Below, piece by piece: positions 15,161 through 24,636 of a stretch of DNA of 41,540 bases. A model generated the notes under the pieces. The model was not told the origin of the DNA. It saw only the letters and a program-made list of their open reading frames with translations, and did no database searches. A program made the position numbers and the translations under genes. This stretch comes from Candidatus Moraniibacteriota bacterium (GTDB lineage: Bacteria; Patescibacteriota; Minisyncoccia; Moranbacterales; UBA1568). Where the stretch lies: positions 1-41,540 of the forward strand of contig JBBQYU010000002.1 of NCBI GenBank assembly GCA_038208355.1, in the 5' to 3' direction. Each line of letters opens with the position of its first letter. Within the stretch, counting starts at the first letter, position 1.

Positions 15161-15940
15161 ATGATTATACAATCAGCACCGTTAACGAAGGCGCAAAAGG
15201 AAGAGGCGGCGGAGAAGATTTTTGACCACAGCACGCCAAGTGTCGATTTCTATTTGATGTTGGCCTTGTCAGCGATCATCGTGACGCTGGGGCTTTTAAT
15301 TAATAGCCCGGCCGTGGTGATTGGCGGAATGTTGATTGCTCCTATTCTTTCTCCCATTTTGAGTTTTGCTCTCGGGATAGTGATCGGCGATAAGCGGCTC
15401 ATCAGGCGCTCCGGTATAGTGGTGATTTTTTCTTCATTGGCGGTTGTCGGCATTTCTTTTTTTATTGCTCTCTTGACCATACAGAAAGAAATCGCTTCCG
15501 AGATAGCGTCGAGGACGGCCCCGAGTATGGCCTATCTACTCATCGCCATTGTTTCGGGAGGGGCGGTGGCTTATGCCTTGATCAAGCCGAAACTTTCCGA
15601 AATTCTGCCAGGTATCGCTATTTCTGTTGCTTTGATTCCGCCGCTGGCCACTATCGGTATCGCGCTTTCTTTCTTTGAGGGGAAAATGTCTGTTGGAGCA
15701 TTTGAGTTATTTCTGGTAAACCTGGTTGGTATCATTCTGGCTGCCAGTGCCGTGTTTTCTTTTATGAAGCTCTATGAGGTGCGGGGAGTGGTGGAAAAGA
15801 AAATACAGGTTGAGGAAAAGGCCGTGCAGAAAGAACAGGAGGAGAAGAATAAGGAACATCTGGAAGCCATGGAAAAAACCGTGGCCGAGGTGCAGGAATT
15901 ATTGAATGAACAGAAGGATAAATCAACAGATAAAAAGTAG
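15161..15940 (+). CDS. DUF389 (TIGR00341-like) hydrophobic membrane protein with a coiled-coil C-terminus
   Basis: ...YLMLALSAIIVTLGLLINSPAVVIGGMLIAPILSPIL... fits DUF389. The C-terminal tail is Glu/Lys-rich. Confidence 0.7.
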   Translation: MIIQSAPLTKAQKEEAAEKIFDHSTPSVDFYLMLALSAIIVTLGLLINSPAVVIGGMLIAPILSPILSFALGIVIGDKRLIRRSGIVVIFSSLAVVGISFFIALLTIQKEIASEIASRTAPSMAYLLIAIVSGGAVAYALIKPKLSEILPGIAISVALIPPLATIGIALSFFEGKMSVGAFELFLVNLVGIILAASAVFSFMKLYEVRGVVEKKIQVEEKAVQKEQEEKNKEHLEAMEKTVAEVQELLNEQKDKSTDKK

Positions 15941-15959
15941 CCAAGAGAAAAAAGAAAGG

Positions 15960-15985
15960 ATGCACCGCTAGGCGGTGCATTTTTT
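15960..15985 (+). terminator. Rho-independent terminator
   Basis: Perfect 9-bp stem ATGCACCGC / GCGGTGCAT with a 3-nt loop, followed by T6. Confidence 0.75.
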
Positions 15986-16121
15986 ATAGACTCTTTTTTA
16001 CTGATGAGTAGGAATAGGCCGGTCTTTTTGGGAGTGGTGCTGAGAGTGGTGAAAACAAGCACCAGCATAAATCGTATCAAAGTTATGGTAAGAAGAGGTT
16101 ATTTTTAGTATCATTATTTCT

Positions 16122-16745
16122 ATGAGGATCATCAACTTCATCCAGGGTACACTCATTGGTCTCGGCCTGTTTTTATTGGTGCTCATTCCAGTCTCTTCGC
16201 TGTTTCTGGATATCGGGATACCGCTCCGGACCTTTTTGTATGACGCTTCGTTCGTTACCGTTTTCATGGTGATGATTATCCGCCCGCTCTCGGATATTTT
16301 TATCGAGTATACGTGGTTGCGACGGTTGGTTATCTTTCGTAAGGGTTTTGGTATTCTCTCTGCCTCAATTATCGTTGGGTTCATGGTGCAACAAATTCTG
16401 ACTCCGGATTCGACCTATTTCTCTACCCTCTTCTCGAGCCGTTTTTTCTCTTTTGATCATTACGCTATCTTCGCTCATTTGGGTGATGTTTCAGGGCTGA
16501 TCCTTCTCCTCACTTCTAATCGGCTTTCTCAGCGGCTCCTCAAGATGAATTGGAAACGAGTGCAGAAGCTTTCTTATGTATATTTTTATTCCGGAGGTAT
16601 TTACGAAGCGTTCTTCTTGCATAATTCTTTCGCTCTCTATGCACTTATGGCAGTGACCAACCTGACTGTTTTGGCTTGGGGGGCCAAGATGCTGCGCAAA
16701 GAAAGTGACCGAGTGTTCACTCCACTCGGGTCGCGTTTGGCATAA
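16122..16745 (+). CDS. Polytopic membrane protein (weak resemblance to ferric-reductase/MsrQ-like TM domains)
   Basis: Five or six hydrophobic segments. ...MIIRPLSDIF...FRKGFGIL... and ...TSNRLSQRLLKMNWKRVQKLSYVYF... recall the MsrQ layout, but the expected His after W-K-R-V is Gln. Confidence 0.4.
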   Translation: MRIINFIQGTLIGLGLFLLVLIPVSSLFLDIGIPLRTFLYDASFVTVFMVMIIRPLSDIFIEYTWLRRLVIFRKGFGILSASIIVGFMVQQILTPDSTYFSTLFSSRFFSFDHYAIFAHLGDVSGLILLLTSNRLSQRLLKMNWKRVQKLSYVYFYSGGIYEAFFLHNSFALYALMAVTNLTVLAWGAKMLRKESDRVFTPLGSRLA

Positions 16746-16895
16746 CGCCTAATCTGGGTCACGGATAGCCCCCTCGCCGGTGGCTGTTTTTTTACGAGGA
16801 GGTCACTCTCTTTTGCAGGAAGCGGCGAAAATGCAAAAATGAGCGAGTGATTTTTCCGTGTTACCATGGATACGTATGAAAAGTGACCGTAGCCT

Positions 16896-19301
16896 ATGCG
16901 AAGAGATAAAACAATAGCCGTCTATTTGGAGAAACATCCTCGGGCGACCGAAAAGGAACTCCGGAGAAAATTTGGTTTGAGTCGGCGCGAGACTCTCATT
17001 TTTTTGGGAGATGAACAACCCTTGGGAATAGTGTCGCAGCAGTCGGGGTGGCGGGTGAAACTCGGCGGTTTTTTGGGTGCGTGGTTTGCTGGTGACAAGA
17101 AAACCGTGCTGACGCTGGTAGGGGTTGCTTTTTTGGTGCGGGCCGGGTATGCCTATAGTCTTTGGCACAATCCGCTGCTCACGACATCATTACACGATGC
17201 CGCTTACTATGTGGAGTGGGCCAAGAATATTTTGACTCATGGTTGGATTGGGGATAAAGTTTTTTTTACGGAGCCGCTCTATGCTTATCTCCTGGCTCTC
17301 TTTCTTAAATTGTTTGGCGATGGGGGAACGACGGCCCTATTGGTGGGGCAATTTTTGCTGGGGGCCTTGCTGCCACTGCCTCTCTTTATATTGACGAAGC
17401 GGCTCATCAATCGTCGGGCAGCCATGATAACGGGGTTGTTGGCAGCACTCTATGGCCCATTCCTGTTTTATGAGGGGCTTTTGCTCAAGACTAGTCTAGA
17501 AGTATCTCTGTTACCTTGGGCGATACTTCTTTTTTTGGCTGCTTTTCGAGCCAGGAGTGAGCGCCTGTTTTTTTGGGCCGGCATAGTCCTTGGCGGCTTA
17601 GCGCTTGTGAAAGGGAACAACATCATTTTTTTGCCCGTGATTATCGGCCTGGTATTCTTTTTGTTGCGAGAGAGTACTGTCCGGAGGCGCGCCGTGTTAG
17701 CCGCTCTGTTCAGTCTCGGGGTGCTTGTCTGTCTGTTGCCTGTTACAATACGAAATTTCGTGGTCGGACACGATATCGTACCCACTAACTATTCTTTTGG
17801 GCTGGCCATCTATCAGGGCAGCTGGTGGGGAGCAGACGGGTCGACGGCCGAAGTTCCCCGTTTTTTGCGTCCCGATCCGCAGTATGAAGAGGCTGATGCA
17901 GTGGGGATGGCCCAAGCCTATGTTGGGAAAACCTTGCTACCATCGGAAGTCTCTCGTTTCTGGATTGCCAAGTCCGTGGAAGAAACACTCTCTGCGCCGC
18001 TCCATTTTGTGGGGACCGTGTTCAACAAGAGCGTGCTTATTTTCAATCATTCAGAGTTCAGTGATAATTATCAGTATAGTTTTTACCGTTCCCATATCCC
18101 ATGGTTATGGCTTTTGCCGAGCTTTTGGTTGGTCGCTGTTTTTGGTCTGAGTGGGGTGTGGCTGTTTTTTCGCCCGGTATTTTGGGCCGTCAGTCAGGGT
18201 CGGACGACTCAAGTCTCGGGCTCATCCGGTTGGCCTGAGTCGGCCAGAGTATTTGTGGGCCTTTTTCTCTCTGCTATTGCTGTTCTGCTTCTGACCACTG
18301 TCAACGCTCGTTATCGGATGCCGCTCGTACCTTTTCTTTTGGTTTTTTCCGGTGGCAGCATTTCTTTTCTGTGGTCGCTGTGGCAGGAACGTGAATGGTC
18401 GAGTATCATCCGTCTCGGGGTGTTTGGTGGGGCCTGTTTTTTACTGGCCGCGTGGCCGCTTACTTCGGTCAAACATGATAGCGAGGCCAACGCCTACCAC
18501 GCGCTCGCTTTTACGGCTCTCAAGCAAGGTGACTATGCCCAGGCTGAGGATTTATTGAACAAGACTATCGCCATAGATGGGCAGTATGGCTGGGCCTACG
18601 GAAATTTGATGCTGACGGAATTGGCCTTAGGCCACTACGATGCCGCCCAAAAAGCGCTGCAAAGGCTCATCATGTTACGGCCGGATGATCTGAGTAATTA
18701 TGACCGTTTGAAGATGCTGCGGCAGCTTCAGGGTGCCTCACCGGAAGTCATGCGCCAAGCGGTGAGAGATTTTTTGAGTCTGTCTGATGTGCCGGACTAC
18801 GATGCTGATTTCAATGAAGCGACGCGCTATTTATATCTCAAAGATGATCAACGAGCTGAAGCTGCTCTGGTGCGTTCTTTGGAACAGCACAACCAGCCAG
18901 TTTCTACCTTGATTGCTTTGGCCTCGTTGAAAAAAAATCAGGGTGATACTCGAGCGGCCAAGGAATACCTCACTATGGTGGTGGATCAGCACCCGGAAAT
19001 ATTTCTCGCCCGTTACAATCTGGCTAATCTATTTATTCAGGAAAATAACTTTTTTCCGGTAGCTTCCCTTTTGAAGGATATCTATGAGTTCACCCCTGAG
19101 CTTAGTGCGACTTGGTACAATTATGCGGTGGCGCTCATCAAGACGAAGAAAGATTCAGAAGCTATACCGGTTATGCAGGCCTACATCGAGCGCTATCAGG
19201 ATGACCCTGCGCATCAGGATGTGGTGGAAAAGTTCCGCGCAGCGCTCAAGCCCGCGGGCCAGGATCCGTTGCAGAATCTTTTACCTGGTGGGAAAAAATA
19301 G
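16896..19301 (+). CDS. GT39/PMT_2-like membrane glycosyltransferase fused to C-terminal TPR repeats
   Basis: The N-terminal ~480 aa are polytopic (...AAYYVEWAKNIL...FFTEPLYAYLLALFLKLFG...). The C-terminal ~270 aa carry TPR-like repeats (...AYHALAFTALKQGDYAQAEDLLNKTIAIDGQYGWAYGNL...). Confidence 0.7.
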   Translation: MRRDKTIAVYLEKHPRATEKELRRKFGLSRRETLIFLGDEQPLGIVSQQSGWRVKLGGFLGAWFAGDKKTVLTLVGVAFLVRAGYAYSLWHNPLLTTSLHDAAYYVEWAKNILTHGWIGDKVFFTEPLYAYLLALFLKLFGDGGTTALLVGQFLLGALLPLPLFILTKRLINRRAAMITGLLAALYGPFLFYEGLLLKTSLEVSLLPWAILLFLAAFRARSERLFFWAGIVLGGLALVKGNNIIFLPVIIGLVFFLLRESTVRRRAVLAALFSLGVLVCLLPVTIRNFVVGHDIVPTNYSFGLAIYQGSWWGADGSTAEVPRFLRPDPQYEEADAVGMAQAYVGKTLLPSEVSRFWIAKSVEETLSAPLHFVGTVFNKSVLIFNHSEFSDNYQYSFYRSHIPWLWLLPSFWLVAVFGLSGVWLFFRPVFWAVSQGRTTQVSGSSGWPESARVFVGLFLSAIAVLLLTTVNARYRMPLVPFLLVFSGGSISFLWSLWQEREWSSIIRLGVFGGACFLLAAWPLTSVKHDSEANAYHALAFTALKQGDYAQAEDLLNKTIAIDGQYGWAYGNLMLTELALGHYDAAQKALQRLIMLRPDDLSNYDRLKMLRQLQGASPEVMRQAVRDFLSLSDVPDYDADFNEATRYLYLKDDQRAEAALVRSLEQHNQPVSTLIALASLKKNQGDTRAAKEYLTMVVDQHPEIFLARYNLANLFIQENNFFPVASLLKDIYEFTPELSATWYNYAVALIKTKKDSEAIPVMQAYIERYQDDPAHQDVVEKFRAALKPAGQDPLQNLLPGGKK

Positions 19302-19386
19302 GTGAGTCGTCATACTGAAGGAGGCGAACATTGCCGCGCTGATGAGAGACGTCTATAATAGAGCGGATGAAACTATTTTTTTTGCT

Positions 19387-19971
19387 ATGGAATATACGGA
19401 TGAACAATTGGCAGAAGACAGCCTGCGGGGGCATGAACCAGCTTTCGCGGAACTGGTTTCACGTTATGTAAAACCTTTGTATCGTTTCGTCCTTCAATTC
19501 GTGCATGACCAAGATACGGCGGAAGATCTGGTCCAAGAAACGTTTGTGAAGGCCTGGAAGCATCTCTCCCGCTTTGATCGGACCAAGAAATTCAAGACAT
19601 GGATTTTTACCATTGCCAAACGTACAACCTATGATTTTTTGAAAAAAAAGAAAACCCTGTCATTCGTTCTTTTCGCTGATGAGGAGGGAAAAAATGTCTT
19701 AGAGAATGAACCGGACCAGCTTCCGTCGGCTGAGGATATTTTGGATCAAGAGACTACCGCTGAGCAATTGGCCGCTGCCGTCGGCCTTTTGACCCCGACC
19801 TATCGCACGCTTCTTTTGTTGCGCTATCAAGAGGATTTCTCACTGGCGGAAATCGCTGAGATATTACATGAACCATACAATACCATTAAAAGTCGCCATC
19901 AGAGGGCTCTGAAAAGCCTTAAACAGGAATATCAACAGACCACTGCGTCGAAACCATTTCCCCGAGCGTAA
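19387..19971 (+). CDS. RNA polymerase sigma-70 family ECF sigma factor (second copy)
   Basis: ...AFAELVSRYVKPLYRFVLQFVHDQDTAEDLVQETFVKAWKHLSRFD...FKTWIFTIAKRTTYDFLKK... and ...LTPTYRTLLLLRYQEDFSLAEIAEILHEPYNTIKSRHQRALKSL. The start is ATG 19387, or 19342 as in the track. Confidence 0.85.
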   Translation: MEYTDEQLAEDSLRGHEPAFAELVSRYVKPLYRFVLQFVHDQDTAEDLVQETFVKAWKHLSRFDRTKKFKTWIFTIAKRTTYDFLKKKKTLSFVLFADEEGKNVLENEPDQLPSAEDILDQETTAEQLAAAVGLLTPTYRTLLLLRYQEDFSLAEIAEILHEPYNTIKSRHQRALKSLKQEYQQTTASKPFPRA

Positions 19972-19988
19972 TATATTGTAGGAATACT

Positions 19989-20390
19989 ATGACAAAGATT
20001 CAAGAAACATTCACGTTGCTCAATCGGGCAGAGCCCAGCCAAACGTTCCAGACGCGGGTTTTGGAGCGCTTAGCGGTTGAGCAAGAGAGAATTTCACAGC
20101 GGCGTTTTTTTATGACCGTAGCTGGTGTAGTGACCTCGCTTGTGCTCTCGGTGTATGGTGTGTACGCTGTTGGAAGCACACTCGTGCAATCGGATTTCTG
20201 GCAGATGTTATCGTTGCTCTTTTCTGACGCCACTGCGGTAACTGCTTTGGGACAGGACTTTTTCCTCTCTTTGTTGGAAATGTTGCCGGCCGTCCAGATA
20301 GCGCTGGTGTTGGCACCGCTGTTTGCCCTTTTACTATCTCTTAGTGTTTTGGTGACTACCGACAGTCAAAGAAAGTATCATTTTGCGTAA
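19989..20390 (+). CDS. Membrane protein, putative anti-sigma factor
   Basis: Lies immediately downstream of the ECF sigma gene. It has a soluble N-terminal ~40 aa and then 3 hydrophobic segments. No zf-HC2 motif seen. Confidence 0.45.
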   Translation: MTKIQETFTLLNRAEPSQTFQTRVLERLAVEQERISQRRFFMTVAGVVTSLVLSVYGVYAVGSTLVQSDFWQMLSLLFSDATAVTALGQDFFLSLLEMLPAVQIALVLAPLFALLLSLSVLVTTDSQRKYHFA

Positions 20391-20409
20391 TTATTAGTTT
20401 TTATCTTGT

Positions 20410-20883
20410 ATGAATGCGAAAGAAATAGTGCAGTCAAAAAAATTTAAGGTACTGGTAGCGTTGTGCGGGGTGTCGCTCGTAGCGCTGCTTAGTTTTGCCT
20501 CAGGTGTAGTGGTAGGTCTTCACAAGGCTCGTTTCTCCTATCGTTTTGGAGAGAATTATGAGCGTAATTTCGCTACAAATTTTGGACCGGGCATGGGCCG
20601 GACAGGCGGAATGATGTCTTTCGGGAATAACGGGTTTAGAAACTCGCACGGTATCGTGGGAGAGATTCTTTCTGTTTCCGGAGAGAGCCTGCTTATCAAA
20701 GACCGGAACAATCAGGAAAGTACCATCCGGGTGAGTGGTTTGACTGTTATAAATAGCGGTCAGGATACAGTGGATATCACTCAACTCAAGACCGGTGACC
20801 AGGTGGCAGTCGTGGGAAGGCCCGGCGAAGATGGGGTCATTGACGCACGTCTTATCAGAATTTTTGTTGTGAATGCGAAATAA
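20410..20883 (+). CDS. Membrane-anchored protein with a C-terminal small beta-rich domain (DUF5666-like, tentative)
   Basis: N-terminal TM segment FKVLVALCGVSLVALLSFASGVVVGL. The C-terminal ...GIVGEILSVSGESLLIKDRNNQESTIRVSGLTVINSGQDTVDITQLKTGDQVAVVGRPGEDGVIDARLIRIF resembles the C-termini of ORFs 6106 and 24092. Confidence 0.6.
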   Translation: MNAKEIVQSKKFKVLVALCGVSLVALLSFASGVVVGLHKARFSYRFGENYERNFATNFGPGMGRTGGMMSFGNNGFRNSHGIVGEILSVSGESLLIKDRNNQESTIRVSGLTVINSGQDTVDITQLKTGDQVAVVGRPGEDGVIDARLIRIFVVNAK

Positions 20884-20924
20884 GGAGGCAGGAGAGAGAA
20901 AACCACAATCATTGAAAGAAACGT

Positions 20925-22109
20925 ATGAAACATTTTTTGCTGAAGCACTGGCGTCGCGGAGCTATAGTACTCGTCTTGGTCGGCGGTGTCTGGTATTTCT
21001 TTTTTCGCGGGACGACTCCGGGAGTAGTGCAGTACGTGACGACTCCGGCCGAAAAAGGGACCATTACAAGCTCTCTTTCGGGCAGTGGTAATCTGGTCGT
21101 TGATCAGCTGGCCACGGTTGACCCGACCATCTCGGGCACTGTTTCTAATCTGTCTGTCAACGTGGGTGACGCCGTCAGCAAGGGGCAGCGTTTGTTTACG
21201 ATTATCAACAATGATTTGTCGGTAAGTAGCGCGAAGTCGGTGGCATCGATTCAACAGTCTCAGAATTCCTTAGACTCTGCCAGTGTGCAGGTCAAACAGG
21301 CCAAAGAAGATTATCGGCTGGGAAAAAAAGATAGTGCCAGTAAAACGAAGGCCGAAGAAGATATCTTGAAGGAGAAGATAGCTATCGCTGAAAATGGTTT
21401 GGTATATGCTCAAAAGAGTTATACCGCTGCCCTGGCTGATTATCACAATCAGCAGGCGACAGCTGCCGAAAGGAATGTGGTGGCCCCGATAGCGGGGACG
21501 GTTAATGCCATCAATATCAAAAACGGTGACGACCTCAGTCGGTTGTCCGGGAATAGTTCTAGTCAGGCCCCGATTATTATCGGCGATATGAAAACACTGA
21601 AGGCCCAGGTACAGGTCAATGAAGTCGATATCGCCAACGTGGTGATTGGACAGAAAGTGATGATGACCTATACCGCAATAGATGGCCTGATGGTTTCTGG
21701 CAAAGTAGAAAAGATGGACTCGCTGGGGACAATCACTCAGGGAGTGGTCAATTACAATGTCACTATCGGCTTGGACACTATCGATAGTCGGCTGCGACCT
21801 GGGATGAGCGTGTCTGCCAAAATCATTACTGATGTTAAGCAGGATGTTATCACGGTACCAAACAGCGCTCTCAAGACGCAGGGCAACAAAACCTTTGTCG
21901 AGGTTTTGAATGATGCGACCAACCAACCGGAACAACGGACCATTGAAATTGGTGTTGCTAATAACACCGATACAGAAATCGTCGGTGGTTTGAGTGTAGG
22001 GGATAAGGTTATCACCCAAACGATTGACCCTAATGCTACTAAGGCAGCGACGCCGGCTGCCGGGAGTGGTAGTGGACTGAGAATTCCAGGGCTTGGTGGC
22101 CGAGGCTAA
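20925..22109 (+). CDS. Efflux transporter periplasmic adaptor (HlyD/MacA-type membrane fusion protein)
   Basis: N-terminal TM segment, a biotinyl-lipoyl-like segment ...GTVSNLSVNVGDAVSKGQRLFTI..., a coiled coil, then ...VVAPIAGTVNAINIKNGD... and beta-barrel regions. Confidence 0.85.
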   Translation: MKHFLLKHWRRGAIVLVLVGGVWYFFFRGTTPGVVQYVTTPAEKGTITSSLSGSGNLVVDQLATVDPTISGTVSNLSVNVGDAVSKGQRLFTIINNDLSVSSAKSVASIQQSQNSLDSASVQVKQAKEDYRLGKKDSASKTKAEEDILKEKIAIAENGLVYAQKSYTAALADYHNQQATAAERNVVAPIAGTVNAINIKNGDDLSRLSGNSSSQAPIIIGDMKTLKAQVQVNEVDIANVVIGQKVMMTYTAIDGLMVSGKVEKMDSLGTITQGVVNYNVTIGLDTIDSRLRPGMSVSAKIITDVKQDVITVPNSALKTQGNKTFVEVLNDATNQPEQRTIEIGVANNTDTEIVGGLSVGDKVITQTIDPNATKAATPAAGSGSGLRIPGLGGRG

Positions 22110-22138
22110 ATTGTGTGCTCACTTTTTCAACACACCCT

Positions 22139-22819
22139 ATGATTGAATGTAAGAACCTGACCAAAGTATATGAAACCGGAGAAGTGGATACCTTGGCCTT
22201 GAAAGATGTTTCTTTCAAAATAGACAAGGGGGAATTCGTGGCTATTATTGGACCTTCCGGATCAGGTAAGTCGACCCTGATGCATATCCTTGGAGCCTTG
22301 GAAACGCCGACGAGTGGGAGTTACGTGCTCGATGGTAAGGGAATTTCCGCCCTCGATGATGATGAACTCTCTCTCCTCCGTCAGCAAAAAATTGGCTTTG
22401 TCTTTCAGGCTTTTAATCTGTTGCCGCGGACGACAGTGCTGCGTAATGTCATGTTGCCTTTGCTCTACAGTGATACGACCAATGAGGAGCGTCAAGAACG
22501 AGCCCGAGCGTGTCTGCGGGCAGCAGGGCTGGAAGAGAGTAAATTTCTCAATCTCTCCAATCAGCTTTCTGGTGGTCAGATTCAACGCGTGGCTATCGCC
22601 CGATCGCTCATCAATAACCCGGCCATTATTCTGGCGGATGAACCAACTGGGAACCTTGATACCAAGACGAGTCATATCGTGATGCAGGCTTTTCAGAAGT
22701 TGCATCAAGAAGGACATACTATCGTCGTCATTACCCACGAAATGGAAATCGCCAATTTTGCCGATCGGATTATTTCTCTGCGTGACGGTATAATCGAAAG
22801 TGATACGTATACCCACTAA
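22139..22819 (+). CDS. ABC transporter ATP-binding protein (MacB/LolD type)
   Basis: Walker A GPSGSGKST, Q-loop, signature LSGGQIQRVAIARSL, Walker B ILADEPTGNLD and H-loop ITHE. Confidence 0.9.
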   Translation: MIECKNLTKVYETGEVDTLALKDVSFKIDKGEFVAIIGPSGSGKSTLMHILGALETPTSGSYVLDGKGISALDDDELSLLRQQKIGFVFQAFNLLPRTTVLRNVMLPLLYSDTTNEERQERARACLRAAGLEESKFLNLSNQLSGGQIQRVAIARSLINNPAIILADEPTGNLDTKTSHIVMQAFQKLHQEGHTIVVITHEMEIANFADRIISLRDGIIESDTYTH

Positions 22820-22829
22820 GACTCACTCT

Positions 22830-24047
22830 ATGATTTTTATCGATATTCTCGAAGAGACGTTTCATTCGCTTTCATCTAATCTGGTGAGATCCAGTTTGAC
22901 TATTTTAGGGATTGTCATTGGTATCGCCTCGGTCATCACCATGGTTTCTATCGGTCAGGGGGCACAAAACTCCATCGCCGCTAGCATTCAGTCTATTGGC
23001 TCGAACCTGATTGTCGTTTCCCCTGGCGCACAAAGCAGCGGGGGACTGAGTGGGGGGCGCGGGAGCGCCCAGACACTGACCATAAATGACGCAAATGCCC
23101 TCCAAACCGAACTGCAGAATATCAATGAGGTGGCTCCTGAAGTCTCCCAGCGGTATCAGGTGACGGCCAAAGGCACCAATACCAACACGCAGATAGTGGG
23201 TACGGTGCCGGATTACCTGACGGTGCGGAATATCGCCATCGGTTCTGGAACGTTTATTACTGATCAACAAGTGAAAACATCGAGCAAGGTAGCCGTTCTC
23301 GGACCATCGGCTCGTGACGACCTCTTCGGGGTAGATGTGAATCCTATTGGCAAGACTATCCGGATTAAAAATGTTGATTTTGAAGTCATCGGGGTGACTG
23401 CGGCCAAAGGAGGGAGCGGCTTCACTAACCCGGACGATTCTATTTATGTGCCGCTTACGAGCGCTCAACACTTTTTGTCGGGCGATATCTTTGTGACCAC
23501 TATTAGTGTGGCTGCCAGTGATGCTGCGGTTATCCCTGCCGTTCAAGAACAGATAACGAGTGTGCTTTTGAAGCAGCATAATCTGGCTGATCCGCAAGCA
23601 GCTGATTTTTCGTTGATGAATCAGGCGGATATCATCGCCACAGCCTCGAGTATTACTGGCACCTTTACCATTCTTCTGGCTTCGATAGCGGGGATATCGC
23701 TTTTGGTTGGTGGCATTGGTATCATGAATATGATGCTTACCACCGTGACCGAGCGGACCCGAGAAATCGGACTACGCAAAGCGGTGGGTATTCGGAGGAG
23801 CTACATTTTGTGGCAGTTCCTCTCAGAAGCGGTAGTGTTGACTTTTTTTGGGGGCATTGTCGGGGTAGCACTTGGTTGGGGGGCATCACTTTTGGTCACT
23901 CAATTGGCTGGTCTGGCCACGACGGTGTCTCTTTCTTCGGTACTCCTGGCCTTTGGGGTGTCCGCGGGAGTGGGGATTATCTTCGGATTCTATCCGGCCC
24001 AACGAGCGGCACGCTTCAGCCCGATGGAAGCACTGCGGTACGAATAG
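22830..24047 (+). CDS. ABC transporter permease (MacB-like periplasmic domain plus FtsX domain)
   Basis: N-terminal TM segment, a ~230-aa extracytoplasmic domain, then a C-terminal FtsX-type segment ...GGIGIMNMMLTTVTERTREIGLRKAVGIRR.... Confidence 0.85.
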   Translation: MIFIDILEETFHSLSSNLVRSSLTILGIVIGIASVITMVSIGQGAQNSIAASIQSIGSNLIVVSPGAQSSGGLSGGRGSAQTLTINDANALQTELQNINEVAPEVSQRYQVTAKGTNTNTQIVGTVPDYLTVRNIAIGSGTFITDQQVKTSSKVAVLGPSARDDLFGVDVNPIGKTIRIKNVDFEVIGVTAAKGGSGFTNPDDSIYVPLTSAQHFLSGDIFVTTISVAASDAAVIPAVQEQITSVLLKQHNLADPQAADFSLMNQADIIATASSITGTFTILLASIAGISLLVGGIGIMNMMLTTVTERTREIGLRKAVGIRRSYILWQFLSEAVVLTFFGGIVGVALGWGASLLVTQLAGLATTVSLSSVLLAFGVSAGVGIIFGFYPAQRAARFSPMEALRYE

Positions 24048-24091
24048 TCGGTGTATTATAAAAAAAGTTTAAATAAAGTAAGAAAAAATTT

Positions 24092-24523
24092 ATGAAAACG
24101 CACTATGTAGTATTGATGGTAGTGGCAGCCTTGGCTTTAGGTGCTGTCGGCGGGATGCAGTATGAAAAAAGTGTGGCGGCCAAAGCACCAGCTAATGCGC
24201 GCAGCTTTGCAGCTGGCAGCCGGGGAGGGAGCGGCGTAGCTAATCAGTCTGGTCAGCAGGGTATGCTGCGAGGGGGCGCCAATGGTGGAGGTTTTGTGAT
24301 GGGAGAAGTTCTCTCAAGCGATGACAAGAGCTTGACGGTCAAGACGGCCGATGGCGGATCAACCATTGTTTATTTTTCTCCAACTATGAGCGTCCGCAAG
24401 GCGGAGGCCGGGACGCTTTCTGATTTGGCTGTCGGTCAGCAGGTGGTGGTGAATGGCAAGAGCAGCACTGACGGGACGCTGTCGGCTGATACGATTTCTA
24501 TTGCTCCATCGGGGAGCAAATAA
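24092..24523 (+). CDS. Exported or anchored Gly-rich protein with the same C-terminal small beta-rich domain
   Basis: Signal/anchor segment MKTHYVVLMVVAALALGAVGG. The C-terminal ...GGFVMGEVLSSDDKSLTVKTADGGSTIVYFSPTMSVRKAEAGTLSDLAVGQQVVVNGKSSTDGTLSADTISI. Confidence 0.6.
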   Translation: MKTHYVVLMVVAALALGAVGGMQYEKSVAAKAPANARSFAAGSRGGSGVANQSGQQGMLRGGANGGGFVMGEVLSSDDKSLTVKTADGGSTIVYFSPTMSVRKAEAGTLSDLAVGQQVVVNGKSSTDGTLSADTISIAPSGSK

Positions 24524-24636
24524 GACGCTGCTTGATTTTTTATCAGGCGCTTGCTAGAGTGCTTGGCAGGAACAATTGTCCGTTATGGGCAATTTCTCTT
24601 TTCTCTTTTTTCTATGCCCGCTAAGACCGAAAAAAT

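Noticed and set aside
21270-23597. Long minus-strand ORFs (21270-22019, 22262-22816, 22905-23597) opposite the MacA/MacB genes
   Set aside because: They lie fully antisense to ORFs with clear HlyD, ABC ATPase and FtsX-permease motifs. Their own translations are low complexity (Arg/Ile/His-rich) with no motifs. These are typical shadow ORFs.
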